Assembly: GCA_963845565.1 (NCBI GenBank)
Contig: CAWJSJ010000002.1
Span: 2,144,001 to 2,208,000, forward strand
Direction: 5' to 3'
Origin: an uncultured Methylomirabilota bacterium
GTDB lineage: Bacteria; Methylomirabilota; Methylomirabilia; Methylomirabilales; 2-02-FULL-66-22
DNA: 64,000 nt
Positions within the stretch are counted from its first letter, which is position 1; every line of letters begins with the position of its first letter. This document shows, piece by piece, positions 1 through 9,309 of the stretch. A program made the translations under genes and the position numbers. A model generated the notes under the pieces. The model did no database searches. It had not been told where the DNA came from and saw only the letters and a program-made list of their open reading frames with translations.

Positions 1-201
1 CATGGGAACGATGAGGATGGCCAAGAGGGCCAGCGCGAGATTGTACTGGAGGAACAGTGGATCAAACCAGCGCAGGACTTCGGCGAGAGGCCCCATGCCG
101 ACCCGGAAAACGACCGCCCCGAGCGCTACACAGGTTGCGACGCTCAAGAGAACAAGGCCAAAGCGCGCCATCAGCTTTGCGGTCCGCTCGATTGTAGACA
201 T
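1..201 (-). CDS. Membrane protein, N-terminal part (runs off the window)
   Basis: My translation from ATG at 201: MSTIERTAKLMARFGLVLLSVATCVALGAVVFRVGMGPLAEVLRWFDPLFLQYNLALALLAILIVPM. Hydrophobic segments, purine-rich RBS upstream, no stop before the window edge. Confidence 0.6.
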   Translation of the reverse strand, partial: MSTIERTAKLMARFGLVLLSVATCVALGAVVFRVGMGPLAEVLRWFDPLFLQYNLALALLAILIVPM

Positions 202-746
202 CTCACCGGTCCTCACCTTCTCTCGGGTTACAGCCAATCGGAGCCGATTGGCCATCCTTCCCGAACGAGTCCTCGGGGGTTGGCGGCCGGTCCAGGTACC
301 TGTCGCGGCGCGCCTCGGCTGTGTGGACTACGCCTAGACGAATAAAAGCACGCCAGGCGGGGGGATGCGCTGAACGACGCCGAAGGAACACACGCCACGG
401 GCCCAGGCAGGTTTTGACGATCGCGGCGCTGATGGGAAGGGGCGCATCATCGATTCGAGCGGAGGGCGCGCTCGGAGGACCATCGCGTTTCATCGAGAGC
501 GGCGCACACCAGAGCCCGCTGCGTCTTCTCCCCTTGCGAGGACCCATCGATCGCTTCGTGATCCCGCGGGACGCGAACAGGTAGGCTCTTATCCCATGAT
601 AGATTCTGAGCGTCAACTCCGTTATCGCTCACCCTCCCGGAGCGGCCGTCACCGGCGTCAGGCCGTATGCCGCCGGTGCGGCGACGGTTGCGCCAACCCG
701 AAGAGCACATTCGTACTCAGTCCCACCGCACCAACGTGGTGGAGAG

Positions 747-1634
747 TTACGCCCGTGGGTGGAACTTGTCGTAGATCGTCTTCAGGTGGGCCCGGCTGAG
801 ATGCGTGTAGATCTGCGTGGTGCCGATGTCCGCGTGGCCCAGCATGAGCTGGACCGAACGGAGGTCCGCCCCCCGTTCCAGCAGGTGGGTTGCAAAGGAA
901 TGGCGCAGCGTGTGGGGTGTCACCGATGTGGTGATGCCGGCGGCGAGGGCGACCTTCTTGATGAGCTGCCAGAACATCTGGCGCGTGAGCCCGCGGCCGT
1001 GGCGGCCCAGGAAGAGGTAATCGGACGGGTGGCTCTTCGCCAGACGAGGGCGGCCGTCGCGGAGGTAGGCTTGCAGACTCTCGGCGGCGGCGTCGCCGAC
1101 CGGCACCAACCGCTCCTTGTCGCCTTTTCCCACCACCCGCACGATCCCCACGCCGAGATCCACATCTCCCAGGCGCAGGCCCACCAGTTCGGATACGCGC
1201 AGGCCGGAGGCGTACATCAACTCCAGCATGGCCCGATTGCGCAGCTCCCGCGGCGTGGTGACCTGGCGCGCCGCCAGGAGGCGGTCCACCTCCTCGCTGC
1301 TCAACACTCCGGGTAGTCGCCGCCAAGGGCGCGGGGCCTCCAGGTGCGCGGTCGGGTCCTCTGCGGCCTGTCCTTGCCGGACCAGAAAACGGTGAAACTG
1401 GCGGATGGCCGAGAGATGCCGCGCGACAGAGCGGGGGTTGAGCCCCGCCTCACGCAGGGTGAGCAGGTAACGGGGAACGTCTGTCCGATCCAGGGCGGTC
1501 GCCTCTCGCCCTCGACCCGCGAGGTGGGCCAGATAGCGGATGAGGTCGCGCTGGTACGCCTCCAGGCTGTTCTGCCGGAGGCCGCGTTCCACCACCAGCG
1601 ACTCGAGGAATCGGTCGAGGTCGGGATGGTTCAC
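747..1634 (-). CDS. xerD: Site-specific tyrosine recombinase XerD
   Basis: Motifs YASGLRVSEL, GKGDKERLVP, PHTLRHSFATHLL..GADLRSVQ.MLGHADI.TTQIYTH. GTG start (VNHPDLDRF) overlaps the upstream gene stop (GTGA). Confidence 0.93.
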   Translation of the reverse strand: MNHPDLDRFLESLVVERGLRQNSLEAYQRDLIRYLAHLAGRGREATALDRTDVPRYLLTLREAGLNPRSVARHLSAIRQFHRFLVRQGQAAEDPTAHLEAPRPWRRLPGVLSSEEVDRLLAARQVTTPRELRNRAMLELMYASGLRVSELVGLRLGDVDLGVGIVRVVGKGDKERLVPVGDAAAESLQAYLRDGRPRLAKSHPSDYLFLGRHGRGLTRQMFWQLIKKVALAAGITTSVTPHTLRHSFATHLLERGADLRSVQLMLGHADIGTTQIYTHLSRAHLKTIYDKFHPRA

Positions 1635-2848
1635 GTCCGCGCCTCCGTCGAGCGAAGGGCATCGGCGCGTGCGGCCGCCGGCGCGAGACGCCGGGCGGGC
1701 AGCAGCTCCGCGTACAGGCCGAGCAGCGTGGCGGCACTTGCCTCGGGCGTGAACTGCGCCGCGAGCCGTCGGCCTGCGTCCGCCATCGCGAGTCGCCGGT
1801 CTGGAGCCGCCCACAGCGTTGTGACGGCCTCGGCGAAGGCCTTCGGATCCTCGGGACACAGGACGCCCGCGGACTCGCCCTGCAAGAGGTCCGTCGCTGC
1901 CTCGGATGCCACGGCAACGACTGGAACCGCGGCCGCCAGTGCCTCCAGCGCTGCCAACCCCTGCGTCTCCGACTTCGACGGAAAGAGGAACAGATCGGCC
2001 GCCCGCGTGTACTCCACGACCCGCTCGCGTGGGACCGCCCCGACGAACCGGACGCTCGGCCGGACGCCGAGGTCGCGCGCCAGGCGTTCCAGAGCCAGGC
2101 GCTCGTCGCCGTCCCCCACCAGCACCAGCCGGGCGGCGGGAAGGGCGCGCACGATATGGTGGAAGCCATGCAGGAGAAACGCCAGGTTCTTCTCCTTGGC
2201 AAGCCGCCCCACCGAGAGGCACAGCGGGTTTCCGTCGTCCAGGCCGAGTAGGCGGCGACTCGTCCGGCGGTCCGTACCGTCCGTTGTCGGAAGGGTTACG
2301 CCCGTGGGGACGATCTCGATTGGCGTCCGTACCCCCAGCGTGCAGAGATCGCGAGCCACCGACGGGGTCGGGGCAATGACCAAGTCCGCCCGTTGGGCGA
2401 ACGCGAGGGCCCGACGGAGCGCCATGGTCGCGACGATGCGGGACGGCCCGGGAACGTAATGGGCGTATCGATCGTAACGGGTGTGGTACGTGAAGACCAG
2501 GGGTCGGTTCGCCCGGTGAGCCCAGCGTGCCGCGGCGGCGCCCAAGAGAAAGGGGTGTTGCGCGTGATAGACATCCAGGTCCAGCCTAGCAATCGTCTGC
2601 CGGATCCCCGGCCACCAGGGAATCGGGAGGACGTACGCGTGATGGGTCGGCGCCCGGAAACCCGGAACGCGCAGGACGGTGTCCAGATCGGATGGTGTGT
2701 TGTGGTACCGCGGGGCCACGATGGTGACCTGGTGGCCGGCACGGCGGAACGCCTGGGCGAAGGTGTCGATGGACGTTACCAGGCCGTTGGCCAGCGGTCG
2801 GTAGTTATTGGTGAAGAGGCCGATTCGCATGGACGAAGGTTCCGCCAT
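1631..2848 (-). CDS. Glycosyltransferase family 4 (GT-B, diacylglycerol glucosyltransferase-like)
   Basis: MRIGLFTNNYRP..NG, YHT.Y..Y.HY, VGRLAKEKN, FPSKSETQGL..LEALA. Start could be 2830. Confidence 0.9.
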   Translation of the reverse strand: MAEPSSMRIGLFTNNYRPLANGLVTSIDTFAQAFRRAGHQVTIVAPRYHNTPSDLDTVLRVPGFRAPTHHAYVLPIPWWPGIRQTIARLDLDVYHAQHPFLLGAAAARWAHRANRPLVFTYHTRYDRYAHYVPGPSRIVATMALRRALAFAQRADLVIAPTPSVARDLCTLGVRTPIEIVPTGVTLPTTDGTDRRTSRRLLGLDDGNPLCLSVGRLAKEKNLAFLLHGFHHIVRALPAARLVLVGDGDERLALERLARDLGVRPSVRFVGAVPRERVVEYTRAADLFLFPSKSETQGLAALEALAAAVPVVAVASEAATDLLQGESAGVLCPEDPKAFAEAVTTLWAAPDRRLAMADAGRRLAAQFTPEASAATLLGLYAELLPARRLAPAAARADALRSTEART

Positions 2849-2925
2849 CAGCGTTCAGTTCTCAGCTGGTTCGTCGGAAGGACCGAAATCAGGGGGCGGC
2901 TTCTGGCGCCGGCCGCCGCGCCCGG

Positions 2926-4611
2926 TCATTTCCGCGTGACCGGGGTGTGGGCGATGGGAAGACCCAAGGCCAACTTTCCCTGCATGTAGAGCTGGGCGGT
3001 GGCCATCAGGAAGTAGGAGTGGAGGTTGATCGGAGAGAAGACCAACCGGAACCACTCGGCAAACGTGCGACTCCGGCGCCAACGGCGCGGGGTGGGCTGG
3101 TAGATGATCGGCTTCATGGTGTGCGGAATGACCACCATTCCCAGGAGTGTGGACCCGGTGAGGACGATCGTCTGAAAAACCAAGTTGAATGCCGCCATCG
3201 GGCTGACGCACAGGCTCTTTCCCGCCTGTTTCAGCGCAAGGACATCCGGCGAGAGAAACACCGGCACCGGCCACAGTTCCCGGACGCAGGGACTGATCCA
3301 GGAGATCAGGATGAGTTGTGCCGGCAAGAGGACGGTCAGCGGCGGCATGGCGTTCGCGAGCAGGGCACGGAGCGCCTGGAAGGTCTTGCTCCGGAAGAAC
3401 GTCACAGACGCACGAGGACACATCCGGCGGTAGCGGACCACGAACTTCACGTCTACCGCCCCCCGCGCCCAGCGAGCGATTTGCCCCCAGGATTCGCGGG
3501 TCGTGAGCGGCGCCTGGCCCCAGGTGGGGATCTTCAGGGGGGCGACCCGGTAGCCCTCCATGACCACCTTGTAGCGGAACTGCATGTCCTCGTTGTGGCG
3601 ATTGGGCTCGAAGTACTCCACCGCGCGGAACGCCTGGAGATCCATGCTGGTGCCCGGCCCCAGCACCAGGTAGTCGCCCTGCGTCTGCATCTTGCCCATT
3701 TGGTACAGGACGAACCCGGTGTTGTGCAGGCGGGGGAGCATCGGGACCTTCCAGTAGTTGGCCGTGTACGTGGTCAGCGATTGCAGGACGACGCCGCGAA
3801 GCCCCCGCGCGACGGCCGTGGCCTCTTCGTCGCGGTGTGTCGTCTCCCGGAAACCGAGGTCCTGCTCGTGGAGGATGGTGTCGGCGTCGATGATAAGGAC
3901 CTTGACACCGCCCGGGCCCGCCGGGAATTCTCCCCGGTCCACGCGTTCGGCCAGGTGCCGGCCCGCCGTGGTCACCGAGGTGGCCTTGCACTTCACGGGC
4001 AGGCCGTCGGCCGGGTACACGAACGGCTCCACCCGGATGCGGTGCCGGAAGGACGACACCACCTCGGAGAGCTTTTCCAGGGTCACCTGGTCGTCCGCCT
4101 CCACGATAGGCATCAGGGTCACCAACGACGCGGGATAATTGAGTCGCTCCACCGACCGGAAGGTTTGGAAGAGGACGTGGCGGTTCCCCTCGTTCTTGAG
4201 CGGCATGAAGATGACATAGTGACTCAGCGGCGCGGCGACGGATCGCAGTCGGCCGAGCCAGTCTGTCTCCAGGTTCTGCAGGATGGTCTGGCGCGTCTTC
4301 TGGGCGCGCACCATGTTGACGATCAGGAAACCGATCCAGAAGGCGATGAATGCGAACCGGAAAAGCTCCGCCGGGAAGGGATCGCGGAGCAGGTATCGCA
4401 GCAGGGGGTAGACGGACACCAGCAGCAAGGTGGTGAGCAGTGGCGCCACCTCGAGCAGGCGATCCACGGCCCGATGGAGCCCAGTTTCCTGCGGGTGACT
4501 CGTCCGACGCCGGGCGAAAAAAAAGGCTCGCCCGCGGTGCTCCGGCTGCGTCGGGCGAGCCATGGTGGAGGAATCCGGGGCCTCGCCGGCCCCGGGAAGA
4601 TTCGCTCCCAT
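2926..4611 (-). CDS. Membrane glycosyltransferase family 2
   Basis: IFMPLKNE, IIDADT (DxD), NEDM and QIARW (QxxRW) motifs. N- and C-terminal TM helices. Confidence 0.75.
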   Translation of the reverse strand: MGANLPGAGEAPDSSTMARPTQPEHRGRAFFFARRRTSHPQETGLHRAVDRLLEVAPLLTTLLLVSVYPLLRYLLRDPFPAELFRFAFIAFWIGFLIVNMVRAQKTRQTILQNLETDWLGRLRSVAAPLSHYVIFMPLKNEGNRHVLFQTFRSVERLNYPASLVTLMPIVEADDQVTLEKLSEVVSSFRHRIRVEPFVYPADGLPVKCKATSVTTAGRHLAERVDRGEFPAGPGGVKVLIIDADTILHEQDLGFRETTHRDEEATAVARGLRGVVLQSLTTYTANYWKVPMLPRLHNTGFVLYQMGKMQTQGDYLVLGPGTSMDLQAFRAVEYFEPNRHNEDMQFRYKVVMEGYRVAPLKIPTWGQAPLTTRESWGQIARWARGAVDVKFVVRYRRMCPRASVTFFRSKTFQALRALLANAMPPLTVLLPAQLILISWISPCVRELWPVPVFLSPDVLALKQAGKSLCVSPMAAFNLVFQTIVLTGSTLLGMVVIPHTMKPIIYQPTPRRWRRSRTFAEWFRLVFSPINLHSYFLMATAQLYMQGKLALGLPIAHTPVTRK

Positions 4612-4638
4612 GGCATACTCCGATGATTTCGACGGGGT

Positions 4639-5085
4639 TCAGCCCGTCGGCGAATCGATAAGAATCGTGACCGGACCGTCGTTGACCGATTCCACCTGCA
4701 TGGTTTCTTGAAAACGGCCGGATTGAATTATAAGCCCCGAGGGTCGAAGTCTGTCAATGAATTTCTCGAACAGGGCCCGCGCCGTCTCCGCCGGGGCGGC
4801 CCGGTCGAAACTCGGTCGCCGTCCTTTGCGCGCGTCGCCGTACAATGTGAACTGGGACACGACCAGGAGGTCTCCGCCCACGTCCAGCGCCGAGCGGTTC
4901 ATCTTGCCCTGCTCGTCCTCGAAGACGCGCAAGGAGACGATCTTCTCCGCCATCCAGGCAAGGTCCTGCTCCCCATCCCCTCCGCGAAAGGCCGCGTATA
5001 GGAGAAGCCCCGGACCGATGGCGCCGACCGGCGCCCCACCGACCCGGACCTCCGCTCGTATCACGCGTTGGACGACAACTCGCAT
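4639..5085 (-). CDS. dtd: D-aminoacyl-tRNA deacylase
   Basis: MRVVVQRV, VVSQFTLYGD..KGRRPSF, NDGPVTI. Confidence 0.96.
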   Translation of the reverse strand: MRVVVQRVIRAEVRVGGAPVGAIGPGLLLYAAFRGGDGEQDLAWMAEKIVSLRVFEDEQGKMNRSALDVGGDLLVVSQFTLYGDARKGRRPSFDRAAPAETARALFEKFIDRLRPSGLIIQSGRFQETMQVESVNDGPVTILIDSPTG

Positions 5086-5351
5086 CCCGGACGCCCCCGT
5101 GCCATGATGTCACCCGAGTGTGCGGAACTATACCAGAAAAGCGGCGCCGACTCCATTCGCGGATGCGGTCCGGCCAGGTACCGACGGGGGGGCTGGTTAC
5201 CTCATCGTGCACTGCACCATTTCTTGTTTGACTGGATCAGGCGTCGAGTGGTAGGAGGTGAACTGCCCCGCATCGCTCTGCGGGGGGGCGGAGTGAAGAA
5301 TGCTTTCTTCGTGTCCTCCGCCGGAATGAGATGAGAAAGGGAGGGGTCGGC

Positions 5352-6485
5352 ATGCTTTCGCCAAGCGCAGCGCGCCACGCGTGTGCCCCCTGGGTTCTTT
5401 CCGCGGCCGTGTGGTTCGGTGTGGTCGGATGCGGGGCCCAGATGGGCGCCGGCGGCAGGATGGTCCTCACGCTTCCCACCGAGATCCCTGCCGCGCCCGC
5501 GGCCGCGAAGGGATACGTCGGCGCACAGGCGTGCGCCATGTGCCACGAGCAGATCTACAATTACTACCGGGACCACGGGCATCCGAAGAAGCTGCGACCT
5601 GCGGCCGAGGTCCGAGCCTGGGGGATCCCACTTCCGGACGGCTATACCTGGAATGACATCCCCTACGTGATCGGTGGGGCCACCCGCAAGGCCCGTTACA
5701 TTGACCAGCAGGGTTACATCATCACGAAAACCGGCCCGGGCAAAGATAAGCCCGGCAAGAATCAGTACAACACCGCGACCGGCCGGTGGGTGGATTACGA
5801 GGCCGGGAAAGTCACGAAGTATGACTGCGGACCGTGCCACATGACGGCGTACAGCAAGGATGGCAATCAGGATGGCCGTCCGGGAATGGTGGGGACTTGG
5901 GTCTTCCCCGGGATCACCTGCGAGGAGTGCCACGGGCCGGGCAAGCCGCACGTGGCCGCCCCCAATAAGACCAACGTCAAGGTGGATCGGTCCGATGCGG
6001 CCTGCGGGAAGTGCCACATCCGTGGCGCCAAGGAGCGCATCCCGGCCGGCGGTGGATTCATCTCCCACCACGAGCAATACAACGAACTCCTCGCCAGCCC
6101 ACACGCCGGGAAGGTCACCTGCGTGACGTGCCATGACCCCCACAAGCGCGCGGCCATCTCGCGGAAGCTTGGCTGCGAGAATTGCCACGTCAAAGAGGCG
6201 ACCGATTTCAAGGGCAGCCGGCACGAGAAATCCCTCGTCCAGTGCACCGAGTGCCACATGCCGGCCGCCGGGAGGAGCGCGGAGAGCTTCGGGAAATACG
6301 TTGGGGACATCAAGACGCACATCTTCAAGATCAGTCTCGGCCCGACCGACGAGATGTTCTCGCCGGACGGGAAGTTCGCCACCGGGAAGCTTACGGCGGA
6401 CTTCGCCTGCTTGAGTTGCCATGCCGGCCGCGACAAGGCCTGGGCGGCGGCACAAGCCAAGGGGATTCACACGCGGGGGAAGTAG
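5352..6485 (+). CDS. Multiheme (8 x CxxCH) cytochrome c, predicted lipoprotein
   Basis: CAMCH, CGPCH, CEECH, CGKCH, CVTCH, CENCH, CTECH, CLSCH. Hydrophobic leader ending VVGC. RBS AAAGGGAGG. Confidence 0.9.
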   Translation: MLSPSAARHACAPWVLSAAVWFGVVGCGAQMGAGGRMVLTLPTEIPAAPAAAKGYVGAQACAMCHEQIYNYYRDHGHPKKLRPAAEVRAWGIPLPDGYTWNDIPYVIGGATRKARYIDQQGYIITKTGPGKDKPGKNQYNTATGRWVDYEAGKVTKYDCGPCHMTAYSKDGNQDGRPGMVGTWVFPGITCEECHGPGKPHVAAPNKTNVKVDRSDAACGKCHIRGAKERIPAGGGFISHHEQYNELLASPHAGKVTCVTCHDPHKRAAISRKLGCENCHVKEATDFKGSRHEKSLVQCTECHMPAAGRSAESFGKYVGDIKTHIFKISLGPTDEMFSPDGKFATGKLTADFACLSCHAGRDKAWAAAQAKGIHTRGK

Positions 6486-6513
6486 CCGCCGACTGCCGGT
6501 CATCGCGTGGTCT

Positions 6514-6556
6514 CACCAGTGCCCCCGGGGGTTTCTTACGGGGGCACTGGTGTTTT
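6514..6556. terminator. Intrinsic terminator hairpin between convergent genes
   Basis: CACCAGTGCCCCCG...CGGGGGCACTGGTG followed by TTTT. Confidence 0.75.
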
Positions 6557-6673
6557 GGGCGGGTGTCGCGAGAGCGTCGCCGAACCCGAGGGCGGCGAGG
6601 GGTGCGCACACGCCACCGAGGGCCAGAGACTTGCTGTGTGGTGGGGGCGGGGAGTCGGTCCGGGCGATCTGTC

Positions 6674-8653
6674 TCAGGACTGAGGGGCGACGATGCGTAG
6701 CTCTTGGCCTGGTTTCAAGGAGGCGGTTCGCGACAGGCCGTTCCAGCGCCGGAGGTCTGCCATCGTGACGCCGTGGGTGCGGGCGATGGCAGCCAGCGTG
6801 TCCCCGTGCTTGACGGTGTACCGCCGGGCGGGGGTCGGGACTGGGGACGGTTTGTCCGACGCGCTGGACGTCTGTTTCTGGAGGCCGGCGGTGGACATCT
6901 TTGCGCTCGGGGCGGTCACCTTCAGGGTCTGGCCTGGTTTCAAGGAGGCGGTTCGCGACAGGCCGTTCCAGCGCCGGAGGTCGTCGCTCGACACACTGTA
7001 CGCCTGCGCGACCTGGGCTACCGTCTCCCCTTTCTTGACGGTATGCCGCGACGCTGTCTTCGTGCGCGACGCCTCCTGCTTGGCGCGGCCCGCATCGGTC
7101 GCGGCGGTTCCCGTAGTCGGCAGCGTGGCCGAGGTGGGAACCAGAAGGGAGCTGCCAGGCTTCAGGGACGGGCGCTTGCCGAGTCCGTTCATGTCCAGGA
7201 CCGCCTGCAGGCTGGCGCCGTACCGCTTGGCAATCACGGGAGCGGTTTCGCCCTTCCGGACGCGATGGGTGATCCAGCCAACCCGCTGCGAGACGGGAAT
7301 CTCGGCGAGCTCCTCCAGGAAGTCGGCCTTGACGCCCGCCGGGATCCGGAGGGTGTACCGCGCGACGCCTGGGGGTGTGGACCAGCGGATCAACTCCGGG
7401 TTCAACTCGCGCAGGCGTTCTGCAGAGGTGCGCGCCGCCTGCGCGAGGCTGCGGAAATCCGCGGGTTGATCCAGCGTGACGAGATCCGTCTCGAAGGGGT
7501 CGTCGGGTGGTGGCGAGAACCCGTACCGCTCCGGGTCCTTCGAGATGATGGTCATCGCCATGAAGGCCGGGACGAACAGTTGTGTTTCCTTGGGAAGCCG
7601 CAACGCCCAGAAGTTCCGGGTGCGCTGCCGGTCGATGGCCCGCTGCACCGCCCCCTCGCCGGCGTTGTAGGCGGCCAGGGCGAGCTCCCAGGAATCGAAC
7701 ATCCGGTAGAGGTTCTTGAGGTACTCGGCGGCGCCGCGCGTGGCCTTCTCGGGATCCCGGCGCTCGTCCACCCACCAGGACACCTGCATCCCGTAGAGGC
7801 GGCCGGTCCCCGCCATGAACTGCCAGATGCCCGCCGCCTTGGCCTTGGAGGTCGCCCAGGGGTTCACGGCGCTCTCGATGAACGCCAGGTTGATGAGTTC
7901 TTCCGGCAAACCTTTTTCTTGAAAGACCTTCCGCATCATGGGTAGATAGCGGCTGGCGCGCTCGAAGGCGCGGGCGACCACGGCCCATTTGCGGGTCTGG
8001 AAGTACCCGACAAACGTCTTAACCTGGTCGTTGTACACGATCGGGAACTGGAATTCCCCGAGTTTGGGGTCGGGCACCGCGCCGGTGTCAACCGGTAGAT
8101 CCTTTCCGACCGCCTGCAAATCGTTGGGTTCCAGGAGCGCCGCCGCGTCTTGTGTCGGCTGGTCCGGATCCTGGGGCAGGCTTTCGGTCACGGGCTGAGG
8201 GGCGCGCGTCGCAGGGGCGAGCCAGCCGTGGAGCGACACCGTAGACGAGCGATCGGTTCCCAGGAGGCGAGGGGGCAGGGCCGGCGACAGTCCCGTGTCC
8301 AGCAGGGACTCCAGGGCCGCATCGAACTCCCACTCGGCCTGGTCCGTCTTCCCATTCCGCATGGCCAGCAGCCCTCGCTCATAATGCGAGTCGGCACGAG
8401 CCATGGCAAGCGCCAAAGGCGACGGTGGGGTGGGGGGCGGGGCCGATGCGCTCTTCCACGGCACGCCCAGCGCCGCGGTCTGTCCGCTGTCCGTCACGGC
8501 GACAGGGTCTCCGGGAAGGCTCTTCGCAGTCGATTGGTCGGTTGGCTGGAATCCAGAGGCGGGAACGCGGCCAGCGGTGCAGCCGGCGCCGCATGCGGCG
8601 ACGATCGCCAGCACGATACTCACCCGGAGTCCAGGGAACTGCCGGAAGGCCAT
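6674..8653 (-). CDS. Membrane-bound lytic murein transglycosylase D-like (SLT domain plus LysM domains)
   Basis: AFIES, AAGIWQFM, ALAAYNAGEG, LPKETQ.FVP. C-terminal LysM repeats (HRVRKGET, HTVKKGET, YTVKHGDTL). Start uncertain. Confidence 0.88.
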   Translation of the reverse strand: MAFRQFPGLRVSIVLAIVAACGAGCTAGRVPASGFQPTDQSTAKSLPGDPVAVTDSGQTAALGVPWKSASAPPPTPPSPLALAMARADSHYERGLLAMRNGKTDQAEWEFDAALESLLDTGLSPALPPRLLGTDRSSTVSLHGWLAPATRAPQPVTESLPQDPDQPTQDAAALLEPNDLQAVGKDLPVDTGAVPDPKLGEFQFPIVYNDQVKTFVGYFQTRKWAVVARAFERASRYLPMMRKVFQEKGLPEELINLAFIESAVNPWATSKAKAAGIWQFMAGTGRLYGMQVSWWVDERRDPEKATRGAAEYLKNLYRMFDSWELALAAYNAGEGAVQRAIDRQRTRNFWALRLPKETQLFVPAFMAMTIISKDPERYGFSPPPDDPFETDLVTLDQPADFRSLAQAARTSAERLRELNPELIRWSTPPGVARYTLRIPAGVKADFLEELAEIPVSQRVGWITHRVRKGETAPVIAKRYGASLQAVLDMNGLGKRPSLKPGSSLLVPTSATLPTTGTAATDAGRAKQEASRTKTASRHTVKKGETVAQVAQAYSVSSDDLRRWNGLSRTASLKPGQTLKVTAPSAKMSTAGLQKQTSSASDKPSPVPTPARRYTVKHGDTLAAIARTHGVTMADLRRWNGLSRTASLKPGQELRIVAPQS

Positions 8654-8945
8654 GAGGAACCCCCACCAGGCCTCGCTGGCATGAAATGTCCAGCGAGGAC
8701 GGCGATCCTTTTCGGTCATCCTCGACAACCCCTGAGCGAGCGGGCCGACGAACGCCAACTTTTTAACGGGTACCTCGCCCTTTGTCAAGCTCTTCTAGGT
8801 TTCCGACCACCCCGGGGCGCGGAAACGTTTGGTGCGAGGTGGTTAGCAATTCGGCGGGCTTCCAAGACCTCGCCGGGCGGCAGGCCGTGCGGCCGGTCAC
8901 CATGCGACGGCGGCGCCTCGCACGATGGTGTGGAGTTGGATGCCG

Positions 8946-9281
8946 TCACGCGGTGGTGTCCAGCATCCACGCGAGATATGGGGGGGAGCCTGCAGCAACC
9001 GGTACGGCGACAATCGCCGGGACGGCATACGAATGGAGGTCTCGCACCCGACCTGTCAGCGCCGCGAAGCGCGATCGGCGCGTCTTGATCAGGAGGAGGA
9101 CCTCCCGATCCCGACACACCTTGCCTTGCCACCGATAGATCGAGGTGACTCCCGGGATAACGTTGGTGCAGGCGGCCAGATGTTCTTCGACGAGGATCCG
9201 GCCGATGGTTTCACCGGCCTGGCGATTCGGACAGGTCACCAGGACGACGACGAACTGGGAGGATTTTGGCGTATTCGGCAT
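8946..9281 (-). CDS. cutA: Divalent-cation tolerance protein CutA
   Basis: LVEEHLAAC.N, SIYRWQG, LLIKT, LHSY.VP. Confidence 0.92.
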   Translation of the reverse strand: MPNTPKSSQFVVVLVTCPNRQAGETIGRILVEEHLAACTNVIPGVTSIYRWQGKVCRDREVLLLIKTRRSRFAALTGRVRDLHSYAVPAIVAVPVAAGSPPYLAWMLDTTA

Positions 9282-9309
9282 CGTGGTCGTCCCCCCAGAG
9301 ATTGTCGGG

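Noticed and set aside
203..740. Short ORFs between the window start and xerD
   Set aside because: No recognisable motifs or RBS. Likely intergenic.
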